A DNA stretch of 64,000 nt from Octopus vulgaris. Its lineage: Eukaryota. Each line of letters starts with the position of its first letter. Position 1 is the first letter of the stretch. Location of the stretch: contig OX597831.1 in the NCBI GenBank assembly GCA_951406725.2, positions 12,090,001 through 12,154,000 of the forward strand, read 5' to 3'. Shown in pieces: positions 1 to 64,000 of this stretch. Under the pieces are notes generated by a model. That model did not search any database, was not told the origin of the DNA, and saw only the letters and a program-made list of their open reading frames with translations. The position numbers and the translations under genes were made by a program.

Positions 1-219
1 TTTAAAAAAAAATACTATTGCTTGCACTTAAAATATGAAAAGAATATTCTTAAATATTTCTTTGGGAGAAAATGAAATTCACACATATGTATGCAGTTCT
101 TATGTTAATATATTTGATTATAGATGCATAGACACATACTTAGATGTCTCTATATTTATTATTAAATACGAATATGTAGGAAATGACTGAGACCTATTAA
201 GTTTAACTAAAAGTTCTAC

Positions 220-263
<44 letters not shown>

Positions 264-656
264 TATATATAAATGTAACAGGAAAATAGTGAAAGTCTTC
301 ACAGCTTTATGGAGTACCAACTGTCAGCTCAGTGAGTGGTTTGATGGTTCAAATTTAGAATGAAATAAATCTGATAATATAGCTGTATATAAATTGTTGA
401 GTAGTACTGCCTTAAGGGCCATGGACACACTAAGCAGTTCAGTTGCCTGGGAGCACCACAAATGTCGGGACCTGATGCTAATCTCTCTCTATATATATAT
501 ATATGTATGGAGCCCCAGTCTGTTGCTTTGCCTGAGGGCCTACAATGCATTTTTAAGATAGCAAGGACGATGAGCACTAAAAACAAGTTAGCTTGCTGAT
601 ATTGCAACTTAAATGTTGGGATTAAAATCGTCAATGAAAATAGTTATGAAGTATTA

Positions 657-662
657 TTTATT
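657..662 (-). promoter_or_regulatory. Candidate polyadenylation signal AATAAA for the DGK 3' UTR (another at 155-160)
   Basis: tttatt on the plus strand about 1.1 kb past the stop codon; such hexamers are common in AT-rich DNA. Confidence 0.25.
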
Positions 663-854
663 TATAAACAGACTGAATAATGACTAAAAGCAATATGTAT
701 CACCGAGTTTCCTTACTGGGATTAAAAATGCCATATTTGAATTACAGAGATTAATATAATGTTTGTTATCTCCTCATTGTCAAAACAAGGAAAGAAACAA
801 ATCTTATACAATAATAAATCAATTTCTTCATTGGTGAATAAAAATATAGCTTTA

Positions 855-1129
855 TGTGTGTGTGTATGTGAGAATATATATATATATACACACACATACA
901 AGTAATATATATATACATACATACACACAAATACATGTATATATACACATATATATATGTATATATATATATACATACATACACACAAATACATGTATAT
1001 ATACACATATATATGTATATATATATATACACACACACATTTGTGTATTATATATATCTATTCATACACACACACATATATGTATTCATACATACATACA
1101 CACACATATATGTATACGTATGTATATTT

Positions 1130-1193
<64 letters not shown>
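855..1193. repeat. Compound (TA)/(CA)/(TACA) microsatellite with an internal duplication of about 55 bp
   Basis: The unit atatatacatacatacacacaaatacatgtatatatacacatatatat occurs twice (about 907-1016), followed by a (TA)n run. Confidence 0.9.
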
Positions 1194-1194
<1 letters not shown>

Positions 1195-1774
1195 ATAAAC
1201 TGAAATATCTTGTAGGAAGATCATACAAGAAAAACATACTAAATGGTTCTGTCAAAATGTGTATAATGAGAGTTTAATTTTGAAGGCTTTTGACATCACA
1301 GACTCATGGCATATTACTAAAGGTTGGGGGGGGGGGAGAAGAAACAGAATGATGATAGTTGTTTGTTTAGCTCAGCATTAAATAGGGAATAATGCCAGAA
1401 ACTGGTCTTGGATTATTTTTCTGTGAAAAAGCTAGTAGGTTTAGAGTAGCACTTTCCTTATTCACCAATCAGCAATTGCAATGAGTTGCATGTATTGTAT
1501 ATATATATATATATATATATCTATAAGAATGGTATGTCACACCATTGTTATCGTGTAGCCAGTAGATTATCGTAATTATATCAACAGCAAGTGACCAGCA
1601 GCTTACCTAATGTCAGCTGATTCTAACCATCAGAGTCACAGAGAGAAAGAGAGAGAGAGAGACGGAACAAGAGAGTGAGAGTGAATATGTTGTATTTGTT
1701 AATTTGATAATGGTTTTTTTACAGCTTCTCTCTGTGTAAGAACAAAACCATACCAGCCACAAATGTTTACATTT

Positions 1775-53172
<51,398 letters not shown>

Positions 53173-53371
53173 CTGAAATAGAAACGAAATATTATTATAC
53201 AGGTTTATTGCGAATGAATTAGTTGGCAGGAGTTTCAGTGTAGAACAGCATTAGGGACATTATGATCAGGTGTCTGAGACAGAATGGACACATGTGGTTT
53301 AAGCCAGTAGACTTGTTTCTCTTTACTGTCTCAAGTGATTACTGTTGCATATCATCATCATCATCCTTTTC

Positions 53372-54037
53372 TACTTTTTCTACTCTAGGCACAAGGCCTG
53401 AAATTTTTGGAGAGGGTGCCAGTCGATTAGATTGACCCCAGTACACAACTGGTACTTAATTTATTGCCCCCGAAAGGATGAAAGGCAAAGTTGACCTTGG
53501 CAGAATTTGAACTCAGAACATGAAGACAGACGAAATACCGCTAAGCATTTTGTCCGGTGCTCTAAAGGTTTCTGCCATCATCATCATCATCACCACCACC
53601 ATCGTCACCAGAGTCATTTTAATGTTTACTTTTCCATGCTTGCCTGTGTTAGCTGGAGTTTACAAGCAATGTGTTTCATTTGCAATATTCTGCAAAAACA
53701 ATGTCAGACAGGGTGATATTAACTTACTTAGAAACAGATGAGGGTCCGCAACAGGAAGAGCATCCAACCATAGAAAATCTGCCTCAACACATTTTCTCTG
53801 ACTCATGTAAGCAGGGAAAAGTGTCTTTTCTACTCTAGGCACAAGGCCTGAAATTTGGGGGGAGGAGGCTAGTCAATAAGATCAATCCCAGTACACAACT
53901 GGTACTTAATTTATCGACCCCAAAAGGATGAAAGGCAAAGTTGACCTCGGCAGAATTTGAACTCAGAATGTAAAGACAGACAAAATACTGCTAAGCATTT
54001 TGCCTGGCATGCTAATGTTTCTGCCAATTCACTGCCA
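53372..54037 (-). mobile_element. Two SINE family C copies (about 53372-53577 and 53825-54037)
   Basis: Both have tail type 1. Confidence 0.85.
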
Positions 54038-54092
54038 TGAGAAAAAGTGTATATTTAAAACATTGAATGCCATTAATGATCTCTCTCCCCCA

Positions 54093-54248
<156 letters not shown>

Positions 54249-54663
54249 CAAAATAAATCAATGACTAGTTCTTTCGATATGATCAATATGTACCATTTTG
54301 CCATTCCTAAAACAAAAGAACTGACCCGAATACGGCACAAGGCCACAAATCAGAGAGAGTTGGGTGGGATGGGTGGGAGTAGTATAGTTGAGTGTGGGAA
54401 TTGGTATATATTTTAAAGGGGAGACAACACCAACTTTGATTACCTGTGCAACAAATAATTTATATGGACACAGGTAAGATTGCAGTGTTTGGAAGACTGT
54501 TTCTTATAATGATGAGGTCTCAAGTCTAATCATACAACATGTCAGCCCACAAATGTATTCTATCAGAGATTTATTCCATTACTCTTTCCCCACCCCACCA
54601 CCATCACCCCTGCTGAATGACACTGGGAGGTGGGGGGAATGGATACTGAATTTGATGGCATTC

Positions 54664-54920
54664 CATGCCGGTGGCATATTAAAAGCACCAACCGATCGTG
54701 GCCGATGCCAGACTCCCCTGGCACCTGTGCCGGTGGCACATAAAAAGCACCCACTACACTCACGGAGTGGTTGGCATTAGGAAGGGCATCTAGTTGTAGA
54801 AACTCTGCCAGATTAGACTGGAGCCTGGTGCAGCCCCTGGCTTCCCAGACCCCGGTCAAACCGTCCAACTCATGCTAGCATGGAAAACGGACGTTAAACG
54901 ATGATGATGATGATGATGAT
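54664..54920 (+). mobile_element. Retroposon family B, young
   Basis: Near-identical to 63430-63678. Confidence 0.9.
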
Positions 54921-55537
54921 AAGATACTATTTCCAAAATTGGAAAAAACCCAAATCCCAAATTACCCTGGGTCTTATGTGCAAAGTTGGTCCTTTATTAC
55001 ATGCTTTAATGAAATAAATACATTTTTTCCCTGAAAATGTGCTGCTGAAATTAAGATGTACCAAATATGTCTTTTATGTCATCAAATATGATAAATAGAA
55101 ACTATGACGAAGCCTGATTAATGGTTAGTACCAATGATTAAATATTTCAGCCTTGTCACATTAAGAAGCTTGCATGAGGATAACGTTAAAGCTTTTGTAA
55201 GTTTATGCATGTAAGATAATTAGTTACTGCAATAATTGAGTGGTTCTGCCAATCAAACACTAGCCTGTTAGCATTTCATCTAGCTACATCTGACCTAAAT
55301 ATATTCTACCTGTTTATGTTCAAACTGGCCAGATCTGGCCTCTTACACACACTCTACAATGCCATTCTAGAAATAAACAATCATATCATTGAAACCTCGA
55401 AGCTATTAGATGATGCAGGATCAATTCAAAACAAAGTTGATGAATAAACATTACGTTTGACAAAATGATCCAAATGCCAAAAGGTTGGAGTAGCATTCAC
55501 CACCAAAAACTTCATTCTAATAAATAATTCCAACCAA

Positions 55538-55912
55538 AGGCACAGGAGTAGCTGTGTGGTAAGGAGCTTGCTTACTAAACACACATGGTGCCAGTTTCAG
55601 TTCCACTGCATGGAACCTTGGGTAAGGGCTATAGCCTTGGGCTGACCAAAGCCTTGTGAATGGATTCGGTAGATGGAAACTGAAAGAAGCCTGTCGTATA
55701 TGTGTGTGTGTTTGCTTCCCCCCACGCCACTATAGCTTGCCAATCGATGTTGGTGTGTTTATATCCCCCGTAACTCAGTGGTTTGCCAAAAGAGACCGAT
55801 AGGATAAGTACTAGGCTTACAAAGAATAAATACTGGTGTTCATTTGTTCGACTAAAGGCAGTGCTCCAGCATGGCCGCAGTCAAATGACTGAAGCAAGTA
55901 AAAAAATAAAAG
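55538..55912 (+). mobile_element. SINE family A
   Basis: Head to tail as 2039-2457. Confidence 0.85.
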
Positions 55913-56711
55913 AATATTCAAAAGGAGTATCATTGATTCTGTGCATTTGTTTAACGGTTTAGAGAAGAAAGGATAATGCTTTAAAATTCTGGCAACGGAA
56001 AGGGAAGGAGAAACCATGTTTTCTGGTTTAAATTAAGAAGGAAGACTGGTTCAAATACAACAGACTGAATTCTGTGATCGGCTGCCACTAGTAGCAGACA
56101 GTGGCATTAAACCAAATGACAGATGTTTATCATGCATGAACAATGAACAGAAGACACACTCCATCCAAGAAGTAAATTATAGAACTTGAAGTAGATAAGG
56201 CTATAAATAACAACTTGTAGAAAATTAGGTTAAAAACTCCTTGGATGGGAAAAAAAAGTCGAAGGCTGCCCATGGGATGTGAACTTTCACTTTCTGCAAC
56301 CATGACAGATTTGCTAGCCATTACACCAAAGCAACATATCAAATTTTCTCCATCCATTTTGATGTTTACATTAAAAGAAGTTTTAACGCTATATTCTTAC
56401 AAGTTGTTATTTTTAGCTTTACAGACATCAAGTTGCAGTATAAAAATAATAATTTATTTCGATTCTTTTGAAGTTTCTAACTTGTTATAATGCAAACAAA
56501 TATTCATGCAGCTTCTGTTGACAAAATTATCAATCCCAGTCTGTGTGAAGCCAAGGCCACAAGTGGTAAACATCAGATGCTGTTTAGTAGAATAGAACCT
56601 GAAACCAGAAGGTTGTGGTGTATTCTTCATAATTACAAAGCTATGCCTGTGTACCATGTGGCAGGGTACTTCATGAAAATTTGATTATGCAAATGATGCT
56701 TTTTAACAAGT

Positions 56712-57087
56712 GCAGGCATGGTTGCGTGGGTAAGAAATTTGCTTTGTAGCCACATGGTTTTGAGTTCAGTTACACAGCTCAGTACCCAGGGCAAGTGTCT
56801 TCTACTAGTTCCAGGCCAACCAGTGCTTTGTAAGTGAATCTGGTAGGAAACTGTATGGACGCCTGTCGTGTGTGTGTGTGTGTGTGTGTGTTTCCCCCAC
56901 CACTGCTTTACAACTGGTGTTGGTGTGTTTATGTTCCCATAACTTAGCAGTACAGCAAAAATAATGATAAATAAAATAAGCACCAGACCGAACAAAAATA
57001 AGTGCTATTGGAGATTTGTTTGACTAAAGCCCTTCAAGGTGGTGCCCCAGCTTGGCCACAATCCAATGACTGAAACAAGTAAAAGAC
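56712..57087 (+). mobile_element. SINE family A, diverged
   Basis: Head to tail similarity to 2039-2457. Confidence 0.8.
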
Positions 57088-57914
57088 ATAGGTTCAAGAT
57101 GACAATTTTTGGAAGGTGGGGTGGAAGTAGGATGGAGAAGAGTTCATTAAAGTGATTCTAGCACACTTGACCAATATTTACACTATGAAATACAAGAACC
57201 GACCCCAGCAGGATTTGAACTCAAAACATAAAGGGATGCAAAGAAATGCTGCAAAGGTAGATTATTCCATCACTCTGCAAATTCTTCCAATCCATCACCC
57301 TAAGCAAATGTTGGTTATGAAGCAACATAACAATGACATTGTTCTTTTCTGTGGATTTATCCAGAAAATAAGTAATATATTTTTCCTCTCATCTGTGTTA
57401 TGCCAGAAAACATGGATAATAAAAAATAAAAAACGAGAAAGATAGATAGACACTGAAACCATTCACTTATATACAAGAGCATTTTTCCAAAATACTACCT
57501 ATTGATTTCTAGTGCAAAATAATTGATTTTCTCAGGATAATTGTACAGTATATAACAGAGCAGAGCGTAAGAGAGGACAAAAACCTCTGGTTATTAACCA
57601 AGTGGTATACATGTTGTTGCTAAGGAGCAGTGAAGTCTCTCGTGTCATAATTAGTAGCCACTTCTTCCATTAGTGTCTTATAAAAACACATTATTTAATG
57701 TTGCCTTTGCCTTTACAATAAACTATTTTGAAACAGCTCGTTCCTGAATTTGAATCAGATGGTTGGAGGGAAGTAACACTCACTGAAGCCAACGTTGAAA
57801 GTCTTAATACAAAAACTAACAATAGTAGTGATAATAGCAATAATGATGTTTATTATAGAGGTGGAGAAGGTGAGGCACATTATAATAATGTTCCTGTACA
57901 TATATATATATATT

Positions 57915-57946
<32 letters not shown>

Positions 57947-57995
57947 TATATGTATGTACACATACACACATATATATACACATACACATATATAC

Positions 57996-58048
<53 letters not shown>

Positions 58049-58067
58049 CTCTCCTTGTTTTTTCTTT

Positions 58068-58109
58068 GTCCCTTTCTGTAGAAGAGCGTAGCCTCGAAAC
58101 GTAAAAGAC
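58068..58109 (+). ncRNA. Minimal hammerhead-like motif with variant core, in a short repeat (about 58045-58198) embedded in (TA)n
   Basis: CUUU CUGUAGA A GAG-CGUAGC-CUC GAAA CG UA AAAG. Confidence 0.5.
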
Positions 58110-58210
58110 TTTTTCTATTCCTGAGCATTATACTATTACATCTGTTTGTTTTGTACACCACCTGTCTTCGTCTTTTGTTTTTTTTCGTAAACTCTCCTTA
58201 TATATATATA

Positions 58211-58542
58211 GTGAAGGCTTGTGGCTTAGTGGTAAGGGTATTCACCTCATGGTCCTATGGCTGTGAGTTCAATTCCCAGTGGTGTATTATGTCCTTTAGC
58301 AAGACACTTTATTTCACTTTGCTCCACTTCACTCTGCTGGCAAAAATTAGTAGTACCAGTAATTTAAAAGGGCCCAGCCTTGTCAGATCCTGTGTCACGC
58401 TGAATCTCCATAAGAATTACGTTAAGGGTTCGCATGTCAATGGAATGCTCAGTCAGTCACTTGCACATTAATTTCATATGCAGGCTGTTCTGTCGATCAG
58501 ATCAACTGGACCCCCCTCACATCACAACCAATAGAGTGCCAG

Positions 58543-58545
<3 letters not shown>
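58211..58545 (+). mobile_element. tRNA-derived SINE related to family D at its 5' half
   Basis: A box tggcttagtgg, B box gagttcaattcc, then agcaagacactttatttcac. Confidence 0.75.
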
Positions 58546-58638
<93 letters not shown>

Positions 58639-58685
58639 AATATATATATGATGATATGATGATATATATATATATATATATATGA

Positions 58686-58721
<36 letters not shown>

Positions 58722-58724
<3 letters not shown>

Positions 58725-58844
58725 AAAGCAGCAGAAAATTCAACAAAACCTGTTACTCTGAGTTTTCCGTTGCCGTTCATCGGACAGTTTTTGCAACGGG
58801 AAACTCAGAGTAACAGGTTTTGTTGAATTTTCTGCTGCTTTAAA
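58722..58844. repeat. 52-bp inverted repeat with 19-nt spacer containing a hammerhead-like motif (58745-58792, minus strand)
   Basis: Arms 58722-58773 and 58793-58844 with one mismatch (58766/58800). Confidence 0.93.
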
Positions 58845-59132
58845 TAAAGCATATTACTCTATCACTGGTATTTGAGTACTCTTTTTTCCACCTTGTTTCA
58901 CATTTATGTGTTTACTCCGGTATATGTATATATATATATGTAAAATGTGATAAACGAGAAGAGATCTTTCTAAACAGGGTCATCTTAATTGCATTATTTA
59001 TTGAGATTACAAAGCTTAGTCTCTTGGTAAATATTTATGCTTGCACTAGAAGTATGAAAAAACTTTTTCTCAGAAAGAACAGAGTTAGTTGCGTTTCAAG
59101 AGATTTAATTGCAAAGTTTTAGTTTCCATGCC

Positions 59133-59366
59133 TTAACCATTTTGATACCAATCCCAAACCCACCCAAGACTTCTCTTGATTCCAAGATAGGAACTTCCTG
59201 CTTGAACGGTATCTGAATTAAAAGCTTCATCAAAATTCCTCGTTAATCTACGTTCCAAACTCCAGCTTAATTACGACAGATTTATTTGACTAAATTCTTT
59301 ATTATTTAGAAAATTAATATAAACAGGCAGTGTATCTCAACAGAAATATGGGAACAAAAGGGTTAA
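59133..59366. mobile_element. TTAA-type (piggyBac-like) MITE
   Basis: TTAA-CCATTTTG...CAAAAGGG-TTAA. Confidence 0.7.
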
Positions 59367-60189
59367 TATGTTAACATAACTAATGGATTTTCTTGTGGAA
59401 GGGGTTTCTCGTTTATTTCTTCTCCAAACAAATTCTATTATTTTTCTAATCCAGCCAGAGTAAATTCTCTTCGGGATTCTGCCATCACTAATTCAACAAG
59501 CATGGTGGCGGCTGTTATTGAGGGTTGTTGTGTCACCTGTACTTGCTAAATTAATTAAATTTATATTAGTCGTTAAGTAATATTGGTTTTCTCACTGTAT
59601 AATCATTTCTAATGCACTCTGCCTTAAACGTGTTACTGCTAAATTATAGTTTCACTTAAAAGCAGCAAAAACATTCTCTTCCAGAATTTAATCTGTGAAA
59701 TCAGAGCTAAATTCCTTAAGTTCATTTTGGCTCCGAAATGATTAGAAAAGAAAGTCACACACAGACACACACACAGACAGAGTTTAGTAAAGTGTCTTTT
59801 ACTTTCAATATAGCCTCGATTTATCCAGCGTCTTCTGAGTGAAATTTGGGGATGAAGATTCAATGAAAGCATCACACTCTCTCTTTCTCCCCCCCCCCCC
59901 ACCCAGAATGGAACTTCAGTTCATCAACATCTCTCATCACAAACAAATCAGTTTTCTGGACAATTTTTCAAACATTAGCCATCTCGGCTGGTGAATGATG
60001 TCTCAAGTAATGAGCATACCAGCTGCCAACAATGGTCAGTGCCAAGCTGGAAGTATCTATGGGAGAGTGTCATTTGCTGTCCAGCTTTCGCTCAGTGCAC
60101 ATCCGTGCTCGAATTTGCCATACTTTCTCTTGAATTTCTCATGGCAAAAATAATTTCAGTTTATGAACATGGGTTGAGGTTCCATTGTC

Positions 60190-60513
60190 GAAGGCACATG
60201 GCTCAGTGGTTTGACTGTCAGGCTCACTATAATGAGGCAATGAGTTCAATTCCCAGACCAGGCTGCGTGTTGTGTTCTTGAGCAAGACACTTTATTTCAC
60301 ACAACTCCAGTTCCCTCAGCTGTAGAAATGAGTTGTGACGTCACTGGTGCCAAGCTGTATCGGTCCCTTTGCCTTTCCCTTTGGATAACATTGATGGTTT
60401 GGAGAGTGGAGTTTGGGTGACTGCTGGACTTCCATAAACAACCTTGCCTGGACTTGTGCTTACGTGCAATCCCATGGTTATTCATGACCGAAGAAGGTTT
60501 TTACCCTTTACCC
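60190..60513 (+). mobile_element. SINE family D
   Basis: A box tggctcagtgg, B box gagttcaattcc, tail (TTTACCC)2. Confidence 0.8.
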
Positions 60514-61231
60514 TATGCATACACACGTCTGGAGATAAGGGGACAATTGTGGAGATGTGTTTCTGGCTCAATAGACTGCATCAGCCTGGTAATTGTCTGA
60601 CCACATCTCCAGCAGCCAATGCTCTTAGACATATACAAACAAAAACCCAAAAACAAAAGAAAAGAGATGACATTAACGGTCTGGATAATTTGAATAATTT
60701 AAACAAAACAAAAACTGGCCAAGTGAAGTAACTCAGGGTGTCCAATGGTATATATTTGAACAAAACAAACACAAAAATATACTATACAACATACATTTTT
60801 GATTTATAAAAACTATCTTCACCTCTAGGAGATATTTACAGGTTATAGATATATTTGCTCAGCCATTTTCTGTTTGTTTGGGTGAGAATGTTATATGAGG
60901 CATTGTTTTACAGCTGGAGGCCCTTCCTCATGCCAGTCCTCACCTGTTTTTCAAGTAAAGGACTTCTTATCCCACACAACTTCTAAGGTACAAAATACTC
61001 AGACAATTTGTTAAAGAGAGAAACTGAACACAACACTACCTGTGGCACTTTCAAACAAGTGACTGCAGGTGCAAACAAACATACGCATGCAAATACACAT
61101 ATAGCCTGGGGCTAGAGAAGAAACTAGCCCAAAGTGCCACAGAGTGGGGCTCAGTCCAAAACGATGTGATTCGAAAGTGAGTTTTTCAACCACACAAGCA
61201 AGCCTGCACACGTATATCTGAATGTGTGCAC

Positions 61232-61623
61232 CATGCCGGTGGCACGTAAATCCATGCCTGTGGCATGTAAAAAGCACCATTCAAGCGTGATCGTACCTTC
61301 CTGGCACTTGTGCCGGTGGCACATGAAAAAGCATTTGAGCAAGGTCGTTGCCAGTGCTGCTGGACTGGCTCCTGTGCAGGTGGCACATAAAAAAACACTA
61401 TTTGAGCGTGGCCGTTGCCAGTACCGCCAGACTGGCCCTCGTGCCAGTGGTATGTAAAAGCACCCACTACACTCTTGGAGTGGTTGGCATTAGGAAGGGC
61501 ATCCAGCTTTAGAAATCTTGCCAGATCAGATTGGAGTCTGGTGCAGCCATCTGGTTTGTCAGTCCTCAGTCAAATCGTCCAACCCATGCCAGCATGGAAA
61601 GTGGACGTTAAACGATGATGATG
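61232..61623 (+). mobile_element. Retroposon family B with several tandem 5' units
   Basis: Repeated gtggcacgtaaaaagcacc units, body and (GAT)n tail. Confidence 0.88.
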
Positions 61624-62292
61624 CGCATGTTTATGTGTGTATACATACACACAAACACATGTATATATATATATATCCTGTTGCATTCTTTAAATGACTA
61701 GTGCCAGGCAACCATCATACCACTGTCACCACCACCACCATCACAGAGGTATCCTTCAGAGAGAGTATATCAAAACTAAAAGTAGTTGTTTCAAAATTCC
61801 TGTAAAATACTTTCATTTAATTTCTTTCAGTTAAATTGTTTGTTTATGTATTTTTGTGTATATATGTATGTATATGTTTATGTCTGTGTTAGTCTTGCAT
61901 CCATATAACTCTTTCCATGGGGTTGGATGACTTTACAAAGTTTTTAAAAAACCCCACAAAAAACCCCCATAATTCTATTAAATGTGGCAGTTTGTCTCTC
62001 CTCCTTGCACACCCCTCCACCAATCAATGAGAAACACTATTAGATTATTGAAATTTATTCGAATCATTCTGAAATAGAACCAAATGTGATGAGAAAGCCA
62101 CAATAAAGCAAGTTAGAAATAAAGAAGGGGAAAAAACTAAAACAAAGGTCTATAAATTTATCCCATTTACAACTAACTTTAGTCATTATTGTGGCTTTCT
62201 CAATCACTTTTAATTATGTGTGTGTGTGTAGATATATATATATATATATATATGTATGAATGTATGTATTTATATATGTGTATGTGTGTGTG

Positions 62293-62336
<44 letters not shown>

Positions 62337-63362
62337 ACTGTTCTTCAATAAAGTGTATGTATACCCTCACTACTTTGCAAGAGAATCGTTAATTCAGCCT
62401 CTTTTAACAAATACATTTAAATTGAACAAGTCAGACGCAAAACACTTTAGGTAAGTTAGTGTGAACACGTTTCGTGTATAGAGTGTTAACACGCAAACTA
62501 GAGATAAATGAGTTGGGAGAAAAAACAACAGCAATAGTCACGAATAATATAAATTTTCATACATTTGGCAAGCAGGGGAAATGACTTTGGACATGCTCTG
62601 ATATTATTCTGACCTCCTCAGTGAAACTTAACCTTCACCATAGATGTGAATGTAGTGAAGAATGAAATATTAGATTGCAATGTTGATAGTGACTCTAAAT
62701 TACAAATAATCTGTTTTGTTGTTTATGTCAAAGATTTATAAACTTCGAAAAAATGCAAAATAATTTGTTTTGGGGAAAGTGGATTTCTCAGCAGATAAAG
62801 CTATCAATAATTGTGTGTAAATACTAGGTTGAAAAACCACATTTGGACAAAAAAAACTGAAGGCTGCTTTTGACTTTTTCTCTATTCAACTGATTTTTTA
62901 AAATCCACAATTGCTTATATAGCTTTATCTGCTTCAAGACCCACTGCTCAAAATAAGAATTAATTCATTTTGTATTTGTTTTACTTTAACTCTACACCTG
63001 TAATATTTACATAATCTCAAGCCATAGAGGGGACCACTGTGAGGTAGTTCGATCTGTTAGAAAGAGCAGCTGAATTTTCTCCAACTCACACTCTACTGTT
63101 TTAAAAGTGGAAGAATACATGTGATTCTGGATGCTCTATATCTAAATAGTGAACAGGGATGGTCATGGCTGATAAACTTCTTTTATCATAGGTTTACTAA
63201 ATCAGGGTTGGTCTAGGGTTAAATAACAACTCTATTATTCATACAAATATGTACAACATACCACTAATACTTACCACATAAATACTTACACATACACACA
63301 GCACTATCACCAAACAATAAACACTGTAGCCCTAGATATACTATAATACAGTATATATATAT

Positions 63363-63678
63363 GTGGCACATAAAAAGCACCATCCGAACGTGGCTGATGC
63401 CAGCGCCGCCTTGACTGGCTTCCGTGCCGGTGGCACGTTAAAAGCACCAACCGATCATGGCCGATGCCAGACTCCCCTGGCACCTGTGCCGGTGGCACAT
63501 AAAAAGCACCCACTACACTCGCGGAGTGGTTGGCGTTAGGAAGGGCATCCAGCTGTAGAAACACTGCCAGATCAGACTGGAGCCTGGTGCAGCCCTTGGC
63601 TTCCCACACTTCGGTCGAACCGTCCAACCCGTGCTAGCGTGGAAAACGGACGTTAAACGATGATGATGATGATGATGA
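63363..63678 (+). mobile_element. Retroposon family B, young
   Basis: CpG-rich; close to the reverse complement of 15002-15320. Confidence 0.9.
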
Positions 63679-63809
63679 TATATATATCATAATAATATAT
63701 AATATTCTCTGATCTGAAGTGACAAATTTTAAATACAAACAAATGACCATAAAATGATGAACTATCCATGGCCAGAATTCAACCCACAAAGCAACGCTAA
63801 CAAAGCTCC

Positions 63810-63940
63810 TTGGGTCATCCCATAAATAATGCAGTGTTTTTATACTTCTTTTATTTTTGAAAATTAAGATAAAGTTCATTTTTAATCTAAAATATACTCT
63901 CCTTTATTTTCTACAATGCTCTCCCATCTATCTGGTAAAC
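63810..63940 (-). mobile_element. Mariner 3' end, same family as 42290-42885
   Basis: Reverse complement tagatgggagagcattgtagaaaataaaggagagtatattttagattaaaaa matches 42771-42885. Confidence 0.75.
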
Positions 63941-64000
63941 TTTCATATCCCAATGACTTTCTGTTCCTTGCATCTCCTTTTCTCTCTGGTCTTGTCCTGT

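Noticed and set aside
722-1277. Overlapping ORFs rich in YI/HT/CV
   Set aside because: Translations of microsatellites lacking stop codons; the same applies to ORFs at 8951-9855, 19011-19295, 27598-27902, 54000-54416 and 57795-58780.
55960-56480. Possible non-LTR reverse transcriptase relic (TPW...PMGCELS)
   Set aside because: Too degenerate to assign without a profile search.

Overview
This is an AT-rich, microsatellite- and retroposon-dense animal window; the repeat content suggests an octopus/coleoid cephalopod genome (inference). It holds the last 12 coding exons of a minus-strand type IV diacylglycerol kinase (DGK zeta/iota, rdgA-like). I assembled them by eye into 1170 nt in one frame with GT-AG introns: end of the catalytic accessory domain, linker, ankyrin repeats and a C-terminal ETAV PDZ-binding motif. 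The next upstream exon was not found, so it probably lies beyond 64000. The introns contain at least four SINE-like families, CR1-like and RTE-like LINE fragments, Penelope-like element (PLE) fragments, mariner remnants and MITEs. Most supplied ORFs are microsatellite or SINE artefacts. The most interesting signals are: (i) a PLE terminal unit combining a tRNA-like Pol III head with a minimal hammerhead-ribozyme fold, plus three further minimal-hammerhead families; (ii) a pre-tRNA-Asp/SINE chimeric retrocopy inside one 13-bp target-site duplication; (iii) two near-perfect long hairpins that each give an A-C mismatch in the pre-mRNA; (iv) a strong orientation bias of one SINE family. Repeat boundaries and copy counts are approximate and family labels A-D are my own.
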